A DNA stretch of 64,000 nt from Chrysomallon squamiferum (taxonomy: Eukaryota > Animalia > Mollusca), in contig CM022671.1 in NCBI GenBank assembly GCA_012295275.1, forward strand, positions 12,586,001-12,650,000. Direction: 5' to 3'. Under the pieces are notes generated by a model. It saw only the letters and a program-made list of their open reading frames with translations. It was not told the DNA's origin and made no database searches. Below, one piece after another: positions 1 through 10,564 of the stretch (position 1 is its first letter; each line of letters starts with the position of its first letter). Made by a program: the position numbers and the translations under genes.

Positions 1-119
1 CTTGAAAATATACGAACACGAATAACTTATTACGAATGTACCCGAAAGATATCGGAAATAACTGAAAACTCAAAGTACCAAACAACCGAGCAAAAACAAC
101 AACAAAATAAAACCGACAG

Positions 120-135
120 ATGAATCGAGATTTGG
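120..135 (+). CDS. ZSWIM7: ZSWIM7 candidate first coding exon (MNRDL, phase 1)
   Basis: ATG at 120 and donor G|GTATGG at 136; phase matches the acceptor at 676. An alternative exon at 154-184 also fits. Confidence 0.5.
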
Positions 136-2828
136 GTATGGCGATGAATAATTATGTCAAAAAATAATGCTTTAGTTTCTGAAGGTAGAACTAAAAATAC
201 AACAGATAATTCTAATTACTGTCTTATTATTTATACGTAAAACAGAGAAGGAGTTCCGCTTTTTATCACTCTAGTCTAAACTTAAAGTAAAGAGAATATT
301 TTAAGATTGTTTGATGGGGATTATCACTATATGGAAAAGATGGTCTGGGCTTCTGGGGGGGAAACTTCAGTTATCTCCCACAACTGAAGCATTTCAGAGA
401 ACAAAATGACATATGTGTTAAGTAATTAAATTAATGAATCTGAGATGGAAAACTTGCATAATGATTCACCGAATGTTATTACTGGGTTGACGGTGGTGTT
501 AAAAACAAATTAAGTGTTGTGATTTGTTTTTTGTTTTTGTAATTTTATTGTTATTTACAGAAATACTTTAAAATGAATCAGTAAATAGCAGTTACATTTA
601 TATGAAAACCATTTAAAAAGATTGTTGTGTATATTTAATAATTATTGTTTGTTTATTCTTATTTTTGAAAACTAGTAACTTTGATAGAAGCATTTAGTGA
701 CAAGCTGATTCATGAAGTTGAATGTATCTTCAAGGAGAAAGATCATTGTAAGTATTTCTAATGTGTAACAAAAAATATCCTGAATAGTAGAAGTTAGTAC
801 AGAATCCATGAGTATTGTATTCTAAAAATCTAATCTAAATATTTGTCAAGTTTAATATTAAACACAAACTAATGAACTGGAAATGAAACATGTGACAGTA
901 CTTTTTACTTTTCTTGTGATATTAATTATCCATTGTTTTGGTTCATTACCTTTTAAATGTGGTTTAGATTTTAAAATTATGAATATACACTATTTTGCAG
1001 TTATACAACATGTTTTTATATATACAGGTTTGAACAACTTTCAGTAAGACTGAATTTGAATTAAAAAACAACAAATAAATTTGTAATAAATACGTCATAT
1101 ATTAAAATGTAATGATTATTATTTTGTCTGACTAGTTCTACATAGTAAACATTTACTGTAATAATTATTATTAACTTACAGTGACAGATGAAATTTTATT
1201 TGCGTGAGTATAAATGTTACAGGACACATAACTCATTGTACAGGTTATGTTGAGAATCATCGAAAAACATTTATAAATTTTAGAAATAGCAAATTGTGCC
1301 TCCTGTTACATAAGACTATGCGAGTATTAATCAGTATACACAAAAATAATACTTTAGTAACTGAACAAAAAGTTGGAAAGACTGTAAAATTCCTGAATCG
1401 CTTTCTTTTTTTATTTTTTTTATTGTTTTATTGTTGTTTTTATTGTTTTATTGTTGTTATTCCGCTTCTTCCTGCTTAATCTGAAAAATGAGCTATTGGG
1501 TATTTAATCATCTTATTATTTTATTATCATTTTTATTTTTATTTTTATTTTTAATGCAGACTGCAGTACATATTTCAGGCTCCACTTCTTCCAGCACTGG
1601 ACCTGGTTGACAACAGAGCTGTGACAATGGTAACTTCTCCAAGTGGGCGTAAACTATATCAGGTTTGTTTGAGGTCACTGAATTGTCTGTATTAGGTAAA
1701 TAGTCACTGTTTTTTTTATACCTTTCAGCACTGGCCTCTTTCTCAGCCTAGTCATCAATGACAGGCTGATGAAAGTGCATGATATCTTGCTTGTAAGAGT
1801 ACCTGTGACATAGACACATTTTTTTGTTGTATTTTAATTAAACTCTGGCCGTTTGTGTAATATAAATAAAAATGTGTGAAACTAACATTCATTTATCTTC
1901 ATTTTATTTTGTATTTTTTCCAGCAGAACCAAAACAATTTATATTATTATTATTATTTATTTTCTTTTTTTCTTTTAACTTACTCTATATTCTTCCATAG
2001 GTCCGTTAGTTTGTTGGTACCATGAAAGTATTTTTATATGAATTATAACTGTTTCTAGGTGACGGGCAGTTCTGGTAAACCATACTTTTGTTTTATGAAC
2101 TCTAAATACTGTTCATGTCCTGCTTACAGATACTCAGGTAAATATAGCATAGTATTCAAATTTAAATTGTTGTTACGGAACGTTTAACAGTTATTTTCTT
2201 TGGTAGACATAACTACATTAGGTTATTTATTAGTTCCAGAATTTCAAAATATGATGACATTATAGCTGATAGATGTAGTTAGGGCCTTATCTTCAAATTG
2301 TATATGCACAGCAATCTCTCTGTTTTAACCTAGAATGATGTAAAATTATTGTAATAAAAGTTGCTGTTTTTCAAAGACTTTATCTCTAGCACTAAAACTT
2401 TAAAGGTCATAAGAAATAGCTTTTAACATTTAAGTTCTTTTAAGTATCATCATATTATTAGCATTATAATTATTTACTCTGTTTATCATGCTTTTCTCTA
2501 TTTCAGTTCTTCTGAAAGAAGACCATATTATGGTAAATATATTTGTACTGATTAGATGAAAATGAACTAAATAGTTTAATAAGAATTTAGAGGATCAAGA
2601 TGGATTTGTTAATTCTCTTCAAACAGGAAAATGTCTCTCTTAGTATTTGAAAATGATCTAAAATTATACAATTTAAATTTATTTTAGAAACCGGTATTTA
2701 GTATTAATTTTTTTATCTTTCAGTGTAAACATATATTGGCTCTGCAATTGTCTGATGCAGTAGGATTAACTAAGAAGATTGACATCAGTGATCAGGAGAT
2801 GACAAATATGATAATGCAGATGGACTGA
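120..2828 (+). CDS. ZSWIM7: Zinc finger SWIM domain-containing protein 7 (SWS1, Shu complex homologous-recombination factor); spliced gene, ~140 aa
   Basis: Exons 120-135 (or 154-184), 676-747, 1182-1203, 1560-1662, 2059-2137, 2507-2532 and 2724-2828 join in frame at GT-AG sites. Protein: MNRDLVTLIEAFSDKLIHEVECIFKEKDHLTDEILFALQYIFQAPLLPALDLVDNRAVTMVTSPSGRKLYQVTGSSGKPYFCFMNSKYCSCPAYRYSVLLKEDHIMCKHILALQLSDAVGLTKKIDISDQEMTNMIMQMD*. It has the ZSWIM7 signatures ALDLVD, SPSGR..YQV.GSS and the SWIM motif CxC-x15-CKH. Not in the ORF track because the exons are tiny. Confidence 0.93.
676..747 (+). CDS. ZSWIM7: ZSWIM7 exon 2
   Basis: ACTAG| acceptor and |GTAAGT donor; encodes TLIEAFSDKLIHEVECIFKEKDH. 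Confidence 0.75.
1182..1203 (+). CDS. ZSWIM7: ZSWIM7 22-nt micro-exon
   Basis: TTACAG| acceptor and |GTGAGT donor; encodes (L)TDEILF(A), matching IPDEYLLS of vertebrate ZSWIM7. Confidence 0.8.
1560..1662 (+). CDS. ZSWIM7: ZSWIM7 exon 4
   Basis: Encodes LQYIFQAPLLPALDLVDNRAVTMVTSPSGRKLYQ; polypyrimidine tract plus CAG acceptor, GTTTGT donor. Confidence 0.92.
2059..2137 (+). CDS. ZSWIM7: ZSWIM7 exon 5 (SWIM CxC half)
   Basis: Encodes VTGSSGKPYFCFMNSKYCSCPAYRYS; TAG acceptor, GTAAAT donor. Confidence 0.92.
2507..2532 (+). CDS. ZSWIM7: ZSWIM7 26-nt micro-exon
   Basis: TTTCAG| acceptor and |GTAAAT donor; encodes (V)LLKEDHIM and restores phase between the CxC and CKH halves of the SWIM finger. 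Confidence 0.88.
2724..2828 (+). CDS. ZSWIM7: ZSWIM7 last coding exon
   Basis: Encodes CKHILALQLSDAVGLTKKIDISDQEMTNMIMQMD*; TGA at 2826-2828; AATAAA downstream at 3089 and 3210. Confidence 0.92.
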   Translation, partial: CKHILALQLSDAVGLTKKIDISDQEMTNMIMQMD

Positions 2829-5181
2829 ACAAGTTTGTTAAGGAAACGATCAGTAAACAAAATCAGTGCAGAAGATTAATTCTTGGTAAGGTGATGAAAT
2901 ACAGAAACAAGGAATAGCATCGTATTACAAAGACCTGAAATGTGATCTGAGAAAGAACATTCTCCAGTTTCGATGTGTAGACTGTTTTACAACAAGCCAG
3001 TGATGGGTTTTTTTTCAGTGTCCAGTTAAGCCCAAGACTGAATACTTTCAAGCAGACCAGGACATTTAATGAAACTTTCCAAGAAAGCAATAAATATTTA
3101 CTTGAGAGATGATGTGTAATTTTTTAATTCTCTGGAAAAAATGTAAAAACAAATTTATTGAAAAATGAAATAATTCACCAGAATTCTTTTTGACAAATGA
3201 TTCCTTGATAATAAATTGTAATTTTAATAATGCTGTCTGCATGCTGTGTGTAGTCCTTTAAAAATTCAATGTTCATTTAAATTAGAGCTTGAAAGGTTTT
3301 AGTGGTCATATTATACTTCATCACATACTGATTTTTCTATTTAACTCACTATTAAATCTTTTTATCAGACTAACAATTTAATTCTTAAATACAAAACAAG
3401 AAGGACTCATTTCAAAATGGGGGATTTGAGCTTTATTCAGAAAATGGATCTGAACCAAACCCATGGAATCACATGTATTTTTTTGTTTAAATATTCCAAG
3501 TTCAGACTATGCTAACCTTACAGTTAATATGATTTATTTATGTATCAGATAAAAGATAACACAACAGAAAACAATATTTTACAGTTTACTTCAAAAATAA
3601 AAACAATATTTATGGATCATTTTCAAGTTTTGCATTCTGAGTTAAGTACAAATATATATATTTAGTCATTAGGGTTATGCTTACTTTAAAAATGAGAAAA
3701 ATACTGATACGTAGAATTACCTGCTGTATTTTACAAATATTTTAATAATTATCAGTAAAATAGTTTATTACTATTGTTCAACCAAATGTGCAGTTTATAG
3801 ACTTTATTTATGATTGTATGTTGAATGTTTAACCATGTCAAATAAATAATGGAGCACAACTTTTGTCTTTAAAGTCCAGATTGAATAGGCTATTTTCCAT
3901 AACACTAGAAAGCCAGTACACAAAAAGTGATGGAAAATTTGACTTTCTGCTATTTCTGAAAATGCAGTATACATTTGAAATATCAAGATATTAAAGTAAT
4001 TAATTCTGTTGAATCACATTTCTTATTTTCCAATTTTGTCCATTTGATCTACACAGTAAGCATAACTAAAAAGCTCATATATATTATATATATATATATA
4101 TATATTGACTTTTTTCGGTATCCAGCTATATGTATGCATATCGAAATGATCCTTTTCAAAACAATCTACTTTATTACAGTCCTAATATCTAACATAATTC
4201 TTAAACCATGTCATTCCAAACAATTAAAAATAAATGTTATGGCTGTTTTATTGTTTATCAATGAACACTAATTGTCTTATTATTAGTATTAATATTATCT
4301 ATTTAAAGAATACTTGGTTAAGTGAATAAAATGATTGGAATTTTCAGTTTTACTTTTTATTCCAATTGCACAATTAATTTGTAAATGCACACCACACATC
4401 CTTACATACAAACCTAAAATTTTAAAATATCTTTTATAATATTGCACAGTTAGAGTTTACACTAAGCAAATATAAAATATGCATGAGACATCCACATACA
4501 GTATAGTACACGTACAGATAAAAATACATTATGTAAATGATACTGTATGTATTATGTACAATTATTATTAAATATTATACTTGTTTACAATTATTATTAA
4601 ATATACTTGTTTACAATAAATAATGTGTATGTGTATTTTATTTCATTATAATTGAAAAGTAACTACAAGATGAACAAGATTTTTGAACTTCATTGTAAAT
4701 ATTTCATGTTCAAATATGTAAATTGTAAATTTGCAAAAAATATGCTTCTGTTGCTGTGAGCATTAATAAAAATCTAATCATTGTATAAGTACACTCAGAG
4801 AATATATATACACACATATTTCCTCTTTTTTTTAACTACATTCCTTTATTAAAAATTTGTTAAACGGTTTTGTTAGGACTGTTAAAATACCAATACTATG
4901 AAACACTATTAAAAAGATAAGTAAAAATTAAAAACAAATAATATGACAAATAAGTTATCCCAGACAATACCAATGGCAAATTAAAGATGTACAACAAAAC
5001 ATAAAATAACATTAGCATTTCATATATCTAAAATGATACAATAAAAAAACAAATTTTGATTTCTGTTAAAGACAAAAAATAATTTAACTTTCTTGACATG
5101 ACATGTAAATGACATATGTATGTAAGATATCTTTTTGATAATGATAAGAAATATCCAACATCTCCCTATGTGTCACTGTTG

Positions 5182-6384
5182 TTATCCCTCACACTTACGT
5201 AATTTCTTGGTTACTGGTTCATTAACAACATTACTGGCAGATTTGCGCTTCAGACATGTCAGTCTATTACGTTTTCTTTTATGATTGAATATACTGTTCT
5301 CCAGGCATATTGCTTGCCTAGCTGCATCTTTTGCATGCTGCAGGGTTCTACATGTTTTTTTTGCCAACGCTGCAGGTGTGCTAGACCGCAGCTGGTGACC
5401 ATTAGCTCTGTACAGGTTGGAATTGTTAGTGTTTTTGCCCCCATGAGAAACAGCTTCTTTTTTGTCCTTTTTATGGATAAGACTGTCAATGCTGCAGTTA
5501 ATATTGAGCACTTTCTCAATAGAATTGAATGGTTTAGAAAATTTAAAAATGTGTCCAAAATTCTCACTGCTGCCTTTCCTGGTGGTAACATGTACATTGT
5601 CTCTGGTTGTCTGTAGAATTCCTAAGCACTTGCCATTTGATGACTTTTCCTTTGAGGTAGAGTTTCCATCCTTTGACAAAGACTCACTGCATGAAGATTT
5701 GATTTTCTTTGACAGAGTTTCATTTGATGAAGATCTGACATCCTCTGAAAAAGTTTCATCTGAAGCAGTTTTCACATTCTGTAACAAAGTTCCATTTGAT
5801 GGAGGTTTCACATGTTCCTTTAAAGCATCAAACTTCGAGAAGCCTACAAGATCATGCATGTTCTTGATAATGGAACTTGTATTAGATGGACATTCAAAAG
5901 GTGATTTACTCTGAAATAAATTATTTGTCCCAGTGGTTTCTGGCTGTGAAGGATCAAATTTGTTCTCATTGTCTTTTGCACCTGAAGTGGTTTTCAAACT
6001 ATTACGCTGATCTCCAGTTGTTTGTATTGGAGCTATACTAACTGCAGCTGACTGAATGAGTTTATCACAGTCTGCTCTCAGTGCAGAAAGTGTAGAAAGG
6101 GTCATTGGGTTCTCAGTTATACTATTACTTATGCAGGAATTATTATTAACAATTAAGTCTGCACAGTTAAGTACAGTTGATGGAATGGATGAATTCAAAT
6201 GTTTTTTCGTAAATGCTTCATTGCGCTTTTTCTTAAGAAGTGTTAGTTTGCTGGGGCCAAGTGGATCAATGTAGACAACAATAGCACTAGTGTTATCAGC
6301 CTTCATTAATCGTGACTGCCATTTGTTCAGAGCACGAGCAACCAATCGTTCTGCTGGATTGATCCAGTAGCTCAAAGACACAGA
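5182..6384 (-). CDS. PPM1D: PPM1D last exon: end of catalytic domain plus long low-complexity, basic C-terminal tail (400 aa)
   Basis: AAG acceptor at 6385-6387 in phase 0; [29 protein letters not shown] carries the last PP2C metal-binding Asp; corresponds to ORF 5182..6489 from residue 36. Confidence 0.9.
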   Translation of the reverse strand, partial: SVSLSYWINPAERLVARALNKWQSRLMKADNTSAIVVYIDPLGPSKLTLLKKKRNEAFTKKHLNSSIPSTVLNCADLIVNNNSCISNSITENPMTLSTLSALRADCDKLIQSAAVSIAPIQTTGDQRNSLKTTSGAKDNENKFDPSQPETTGTNNLFQSKSPFECPSNTSSIIKNMHDLVGFSKFDALKEHVKPPSNGTLLQNVKTASDETFSEDVRSSSNETLSKKIKSSCSESLSKDGNSTSKEKSSNGKCLGILQTTRDNVHVTTRKGSSENFGHIFKFSKPFNSIEKVLNINCSIDSLIHKKDKKEAVSHGGKNTNNSNLYRANGHQLRSSTPAALAKKTCRTLQHAKDAARQAICLENSIFNHKRKRNRLTCLKRKSASNVVNEPVTKKLRKCEG

Positions 6385-9300
6385 CTTAAACAAACAAATA
6401 AAAAATATATGTGTGTAATGTGTCATATAGTAATTACATACAGTTAAAGCACATTTGATTAACAGTAGTGATTTTTTTTCTTTTAACATAAAATTAGAAA
6501 CAGTTTGGTTAGTGTATGATATTTTTTTTTTAACTTTTCAATATGTTAACTGGGCAACATACTATTATTATTTTTTTAAATCAAAACCTGTTTACAATAA
6601 ATAATTGTAAAACATAAATGAGAAATATTTATTTTTATTTTTATCCTATTCAATTTAAAATGTGTATGTAAATGTTTAAATGTATAGACTACAGGCTGCC
6701 TAATCAACATATTGACAAGAGCAAACATTTCTTCATTACAAAAATGGGCAGGAATATCATAAAAATATTTTTAAAATATCAAACTGGTTCAAAATTTAAT
6801 GAATAATATTTTTTGAAAATTAAAAATCGGTGTACATTTTCTAGTTTTCTAGCAGTCAGGCATAAACTGAAACCCAATTAATGTCAATAATATAATTAAG
6901 AAATTTTTTTTTCCAAAAATATTCTGTTTGGCTACATGTAATTTACCTTTCATACTTGTATGTTAAACAAATTTCTGTTTTAATTTCTAATGTGAACTGA
7001 ACCTGTTATCTCAGAAACTAATTTTATCTTGTCATTAATTATAATTTTCTAATTATGATCTTACCAAGTCATTAACTATAATCTAATTATAATTTTACTG
7101 TGTTATTAATTAAAATGTAACAATGTCAATAGTTATAATCTTACCATGTCATTAATTATGCGTTCTTCAAAGTGCTTTTCTAAACACATCACCATTGTTA
7201 CAGACTCTTCTGGTGACACCATGTTCCAAAGCCCATCTGAAGCAAATATCAGACATTTGTGCTTTGTTGGATCAATCTGATGAACTGACACATCAGGTTC
7301 AGGAGACACTACAAACTTTTCATTGTAGTAATCGTAACTCCACAGATCTCCTAAAATAATGGAAATAAATTAACACTGCAGTGAAAAAGAAACAAAAAAC
7401 ACACCAAAAGGTAGCATCAGATGTTCTCTACTGTTAATCATAGAAGTTGCTTATTTCTTGAGTTAAATTAAAATTATTAGAGTAATAAACACTACTGTTT
7501 TTCAATTACATCTGTTTTTGTAAAGGATATCTGTCAAGCTGTAAATGAACTACTACCAGAATTCTAATTAGTTTGCTTCCTTTAAAAAAATATATTAAGG
7601 ACATTTTTACATCTGAATTGATTTTTTACTTTATTTTCTGTTTACTGATCTCATTTTGATATATTATGTGAACATGTGTTCATGCATGTTGTTCAAAGTT
7701 ACTTCTTTAGTGTCTGATTGCTGGTTTTCATCTTTAAACACCATTGTAAAAACCGTTTTCATTTAATCAATAACAAATAAATTGTTGTTAAGAACCATTT
7801 TGTTTTCATGTATAACAAAAATGAAATAGCTGGTTTGAATCAATTATCATCTTCAGTGAGATGTGTGTGTGTGTGTGTGTTTTAGTTTATCTTACCCAAT
7901 GATCTGGCAACAGCAAGAAACGGGATTTCATCAATGTGAGTGCTTCGGCGAATGGGTCCTTTGTGATTAAGATTTGGCCGCCGCCAAACTACCCTTTGAA
8001 CTCCTGATTTGCACATCACTGCTCCTCCACTTTCTTCAATTCGAGATTTTTCTTCTGGGCTCTCTGGTTTATGGTCCTGTCACAACCATAGTAGAAAAAA
8101 ATAAATAAAGAATATAGTAATGTAATAGTGAAACAAAAATATTCTCCAACACTGTATTAATAATTATGTGTATCTCAACAGATCTTTTAGCATATTATTA
8201 CAGTAAAACTTCTAAAAATGTATCAGATTGTGCTGTAATTTCCAACAAGTACAGTTTGTCCAATTCTGTAAATTTGTTGATGTAAAAATTCATAATTAGC
8301 AGTTAAATAAATCTCAAATATTTTTAGGAAAGCTGATGACCTAAAACACCTTCATACCCAATAGAATTACTTTACAAACCTTTGTCAAGCATTTAGCAAC
8401 AATCTTCGTTTCTGGGCAATTACTACTCTGATTCATTTCATTGCACCCAAGCACAATTCCTGAGTCTCCAACATGTCCAATGTATATCTTTGAGTTCTTA
8501 ATAATGGCAATACTTGCTGTAGTACCAGATGTGTTTGGCAAACCCTTCACTGTTTTTGGCCATCTTTCTGTCGGGATAAAAAAGTTAATGTTTGCATATA
8601 CTATATTAGCGTTTTAATTACTAATTATCAAAGATATTTGTTATATTACAATTACACTACAGTGTTAAAATCCATGCATTAGATTACAATTTTCATGTCA
8701 TAAATAAAAAATTTAAATTATTTTTAAAACAATGAGTATTAAAAAGACAGTAAGTAACAGGTAAGTTTGTATGCAGGCTGTAAAACCGTCTTAAGAATTT
8801 CATTTTAGATAGTTAAATCAATCGATTTTTCCTTCCTACATAGTTTTGGATTAGGATGGATAACCAGTGTGATCTTTTTAATTTTTTTATTTTTTTATCA
8901 AATAATTAAATGAGAAGGAAAAATGTGTTATGTGACATGTTAATGAGAATGTAGACATCGTTTTATGATCTTTCTAATAATTTTACATGTTAGAAAAATA
9001 GCAAATTATAGCAAAAAATTCTGCAAAACTAGTGTTCATTTGTATAGTTCCTTTTAAAATGTATCTCAGCTGATTCTTTTAATTCTATTATCTGTCTAAT
9101 GATGTTACTTTTGACACAAATATCAAATTTCTATCCAGAATAATTATCTTACTGGCCATTCCATGACCATTTCACTCTTAAATACCCATCTGAAATTAAA
9201 AATCTCTTTTAACAGTAGGTTATGTTTGACCTTTTATAGAGAACATGCACATGATTCTGTAAGTATGCAACATCTGCTTTTGACTGGCATGCAACATTTT

Positions 9301-10499
9301 TATTAGAAATTCTAAAGAAATTCTAAATTTTTATTAGAAATATGCCTCAACATTATAACACTTTTGACACCATATTTGTTATCGTATATTATATACCAAA
9401 CCTTTCTTTTTATTCAGATATAAATATTACATTACAATTAGACTGTATTAGTCAATAATATTGATTATGTAATATAAATTTAAAGAAAAATATGTAACTT
9501 TTAAAATTCATTTATAAATCTTTTAATTTCTAATCTGATTAGACATATTTTAACATATTTACTATTAATTATAGAAACAAGCTTCCATCTAATTTTCACA
9601 AGTTATTTATAGCACTAAACTTGCTGACAATATATAAATTACAAGTTTGAACATGTTTGTGACCTTCACCCTCGCAAGACCTAGCAGACTATGAAATGGC
9701 TGACATTCGCGAACTACCAGTGAAAGATTATTTCAGTTTTGTGTCATTTCTCAACTTCATCGAGACATTTCTGTTCCGTAACCAAAACTGATGTTTTATT
9801 TATTTATAAGCAACAATAAAATATATTATATATGACAAATGAAGTGAAATTCTTAAATAGGTCATTACTAAAGCAAAATGAGAATCACACTCAGGATTAT
9901 CATTATGACTATGAGGATAGCCCGGATACGGGAGAGGCCCATCTGAAAATAGAAAACGCGCGCGATTTGCTATTTGAAAAGACATGGAATTATTAAATAA
10001 AGGAGATAACGTAATTATGATAAACCATCTCTGACAGTGTTTAATACATATATGTCTAAATAGTGTATCGAAACGTAATAGGCTAACAATGTTTTCAACG
10101 GATTGTTCGTTTAGGCTATCACAACAGCCGAACTACCTAACCCAATCTACTTCATAACGATTTGACCTTTCAGTTAACTACGACAGCTGTCTTACCCAAT
10201 TCCCTCCACATAGCGTAATGTGTATCCAGAAATCCATATTTTATTGCATACATAACATCGTCATCGTTGTTGCTCCAGAAACAATCATATTTTGTAATTT
10301 GATCCAGTAGATTTTCCCGTGCAAATTTTGATGCCTCTGCTCCGCCATGTCCATCGAATATTCCGAAGTAAGCGAATTCATATTCCTTTCCACCACATTT
10401 AATAAACTGTGACGAATGAGTATCTTCCATATACCGTCTTCCACCCTGATCACAACTAACAGATACCCGAAGATTTACTCCTATTTTGTGGCTAGTCAT
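5182..10499 (-). CDS. PPM1D: Protein phosphatase 1D (Wip1, PP2C-delta); spliced gene, ~693 aa
   Basis: Exons 10499-10196, 8567-8380, 8076-7896, 7350-7145 and 6384-5182 join in frame (2082 nt). PP2C motifs: [52 protein letters not shown]1D-specific features: RWPKT..GLP.TSGTT, the basic B-loop [26 protein letters not shown], and GDLWSY..VVSPEPD. Confidence 0.96.
7145..7350 (-). CDS. PPM1D: PPM1D exon 4
   Basis: Encodes [50 protein letters not shown]...IINDM; TAG acceptor, GTAAG donor. Confidence 0.95.
7896..8076 (-). CDS. PPM1D: PPM1D exon 3 (flap/B-loop)
   Basis: Encodes [60 protein letters not shown]; CAG acceptor, GTAAG donor. Confidence 0.95.
8380..8567 (-). CDS. PPM1D: PPM1D exon 2
   Basis: Encodes [40 protein letters not shown]...KCLTK; CAG acceptor, GTTTGT donor. 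Confidence 0.94.
9575..9658. promoter_or_regulatory. Candidate p53-family response element cluster in PPM1D intron 1
   Basis: RRRCWWGYYY half-sites: AAACAAGCTT (9575-9584, 10/10), AAACTTGCTG (9617-9626, 9/10), and the spacer-less pair TTACAAGTTT+GAACATGTTT (9639-9658, 18/20). Confidence 0.5.
10196..10499 (-). CDS. PPM1D: PPM1D exon 1
   Basis: Encodes [26 protein letters not shown]...FGIFDGHGG...AMWREL; donor G|GTAAG. Confidence 0.94.
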
Positions 10500-10503
10500 T
10501 TTG

Positions 10504-10564
10504 TTCAAAGCAGAAGTCACCCAAACATTTTACAACGGCGGAAATACTACTTTGTATTGATTGG
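10504..10564 (-). promoter_or_regulatory. Putative PPM1D proximal promoter/5'UTR elements: CCAAT box, E2F-like site, CHR-like TTTGAA
   Basis: On the - strand, in order: CCAAT (10564-10560), TTTCCGCC (10544-10537), TTTGAA (10509-10504), then ATG at 10499; locally CpG-richer. Confidence 0.4.

Noticed and set aside
4556-4618. ~28-bp tandem duplication (TACAATTATTATTAAATAT..ACTTGTT) between ZSWIM7 and PPM1D
   Set aside because: A real but trivial slippage duplication in AT-rich UTR or intergenic DNA, with no functional evidence.
5259-6274. Nested and antisense ORFs within the last PPM1D exon
   Set aside because: Shadow ORFs of a real coding exon, with no independent splice or start evidence.
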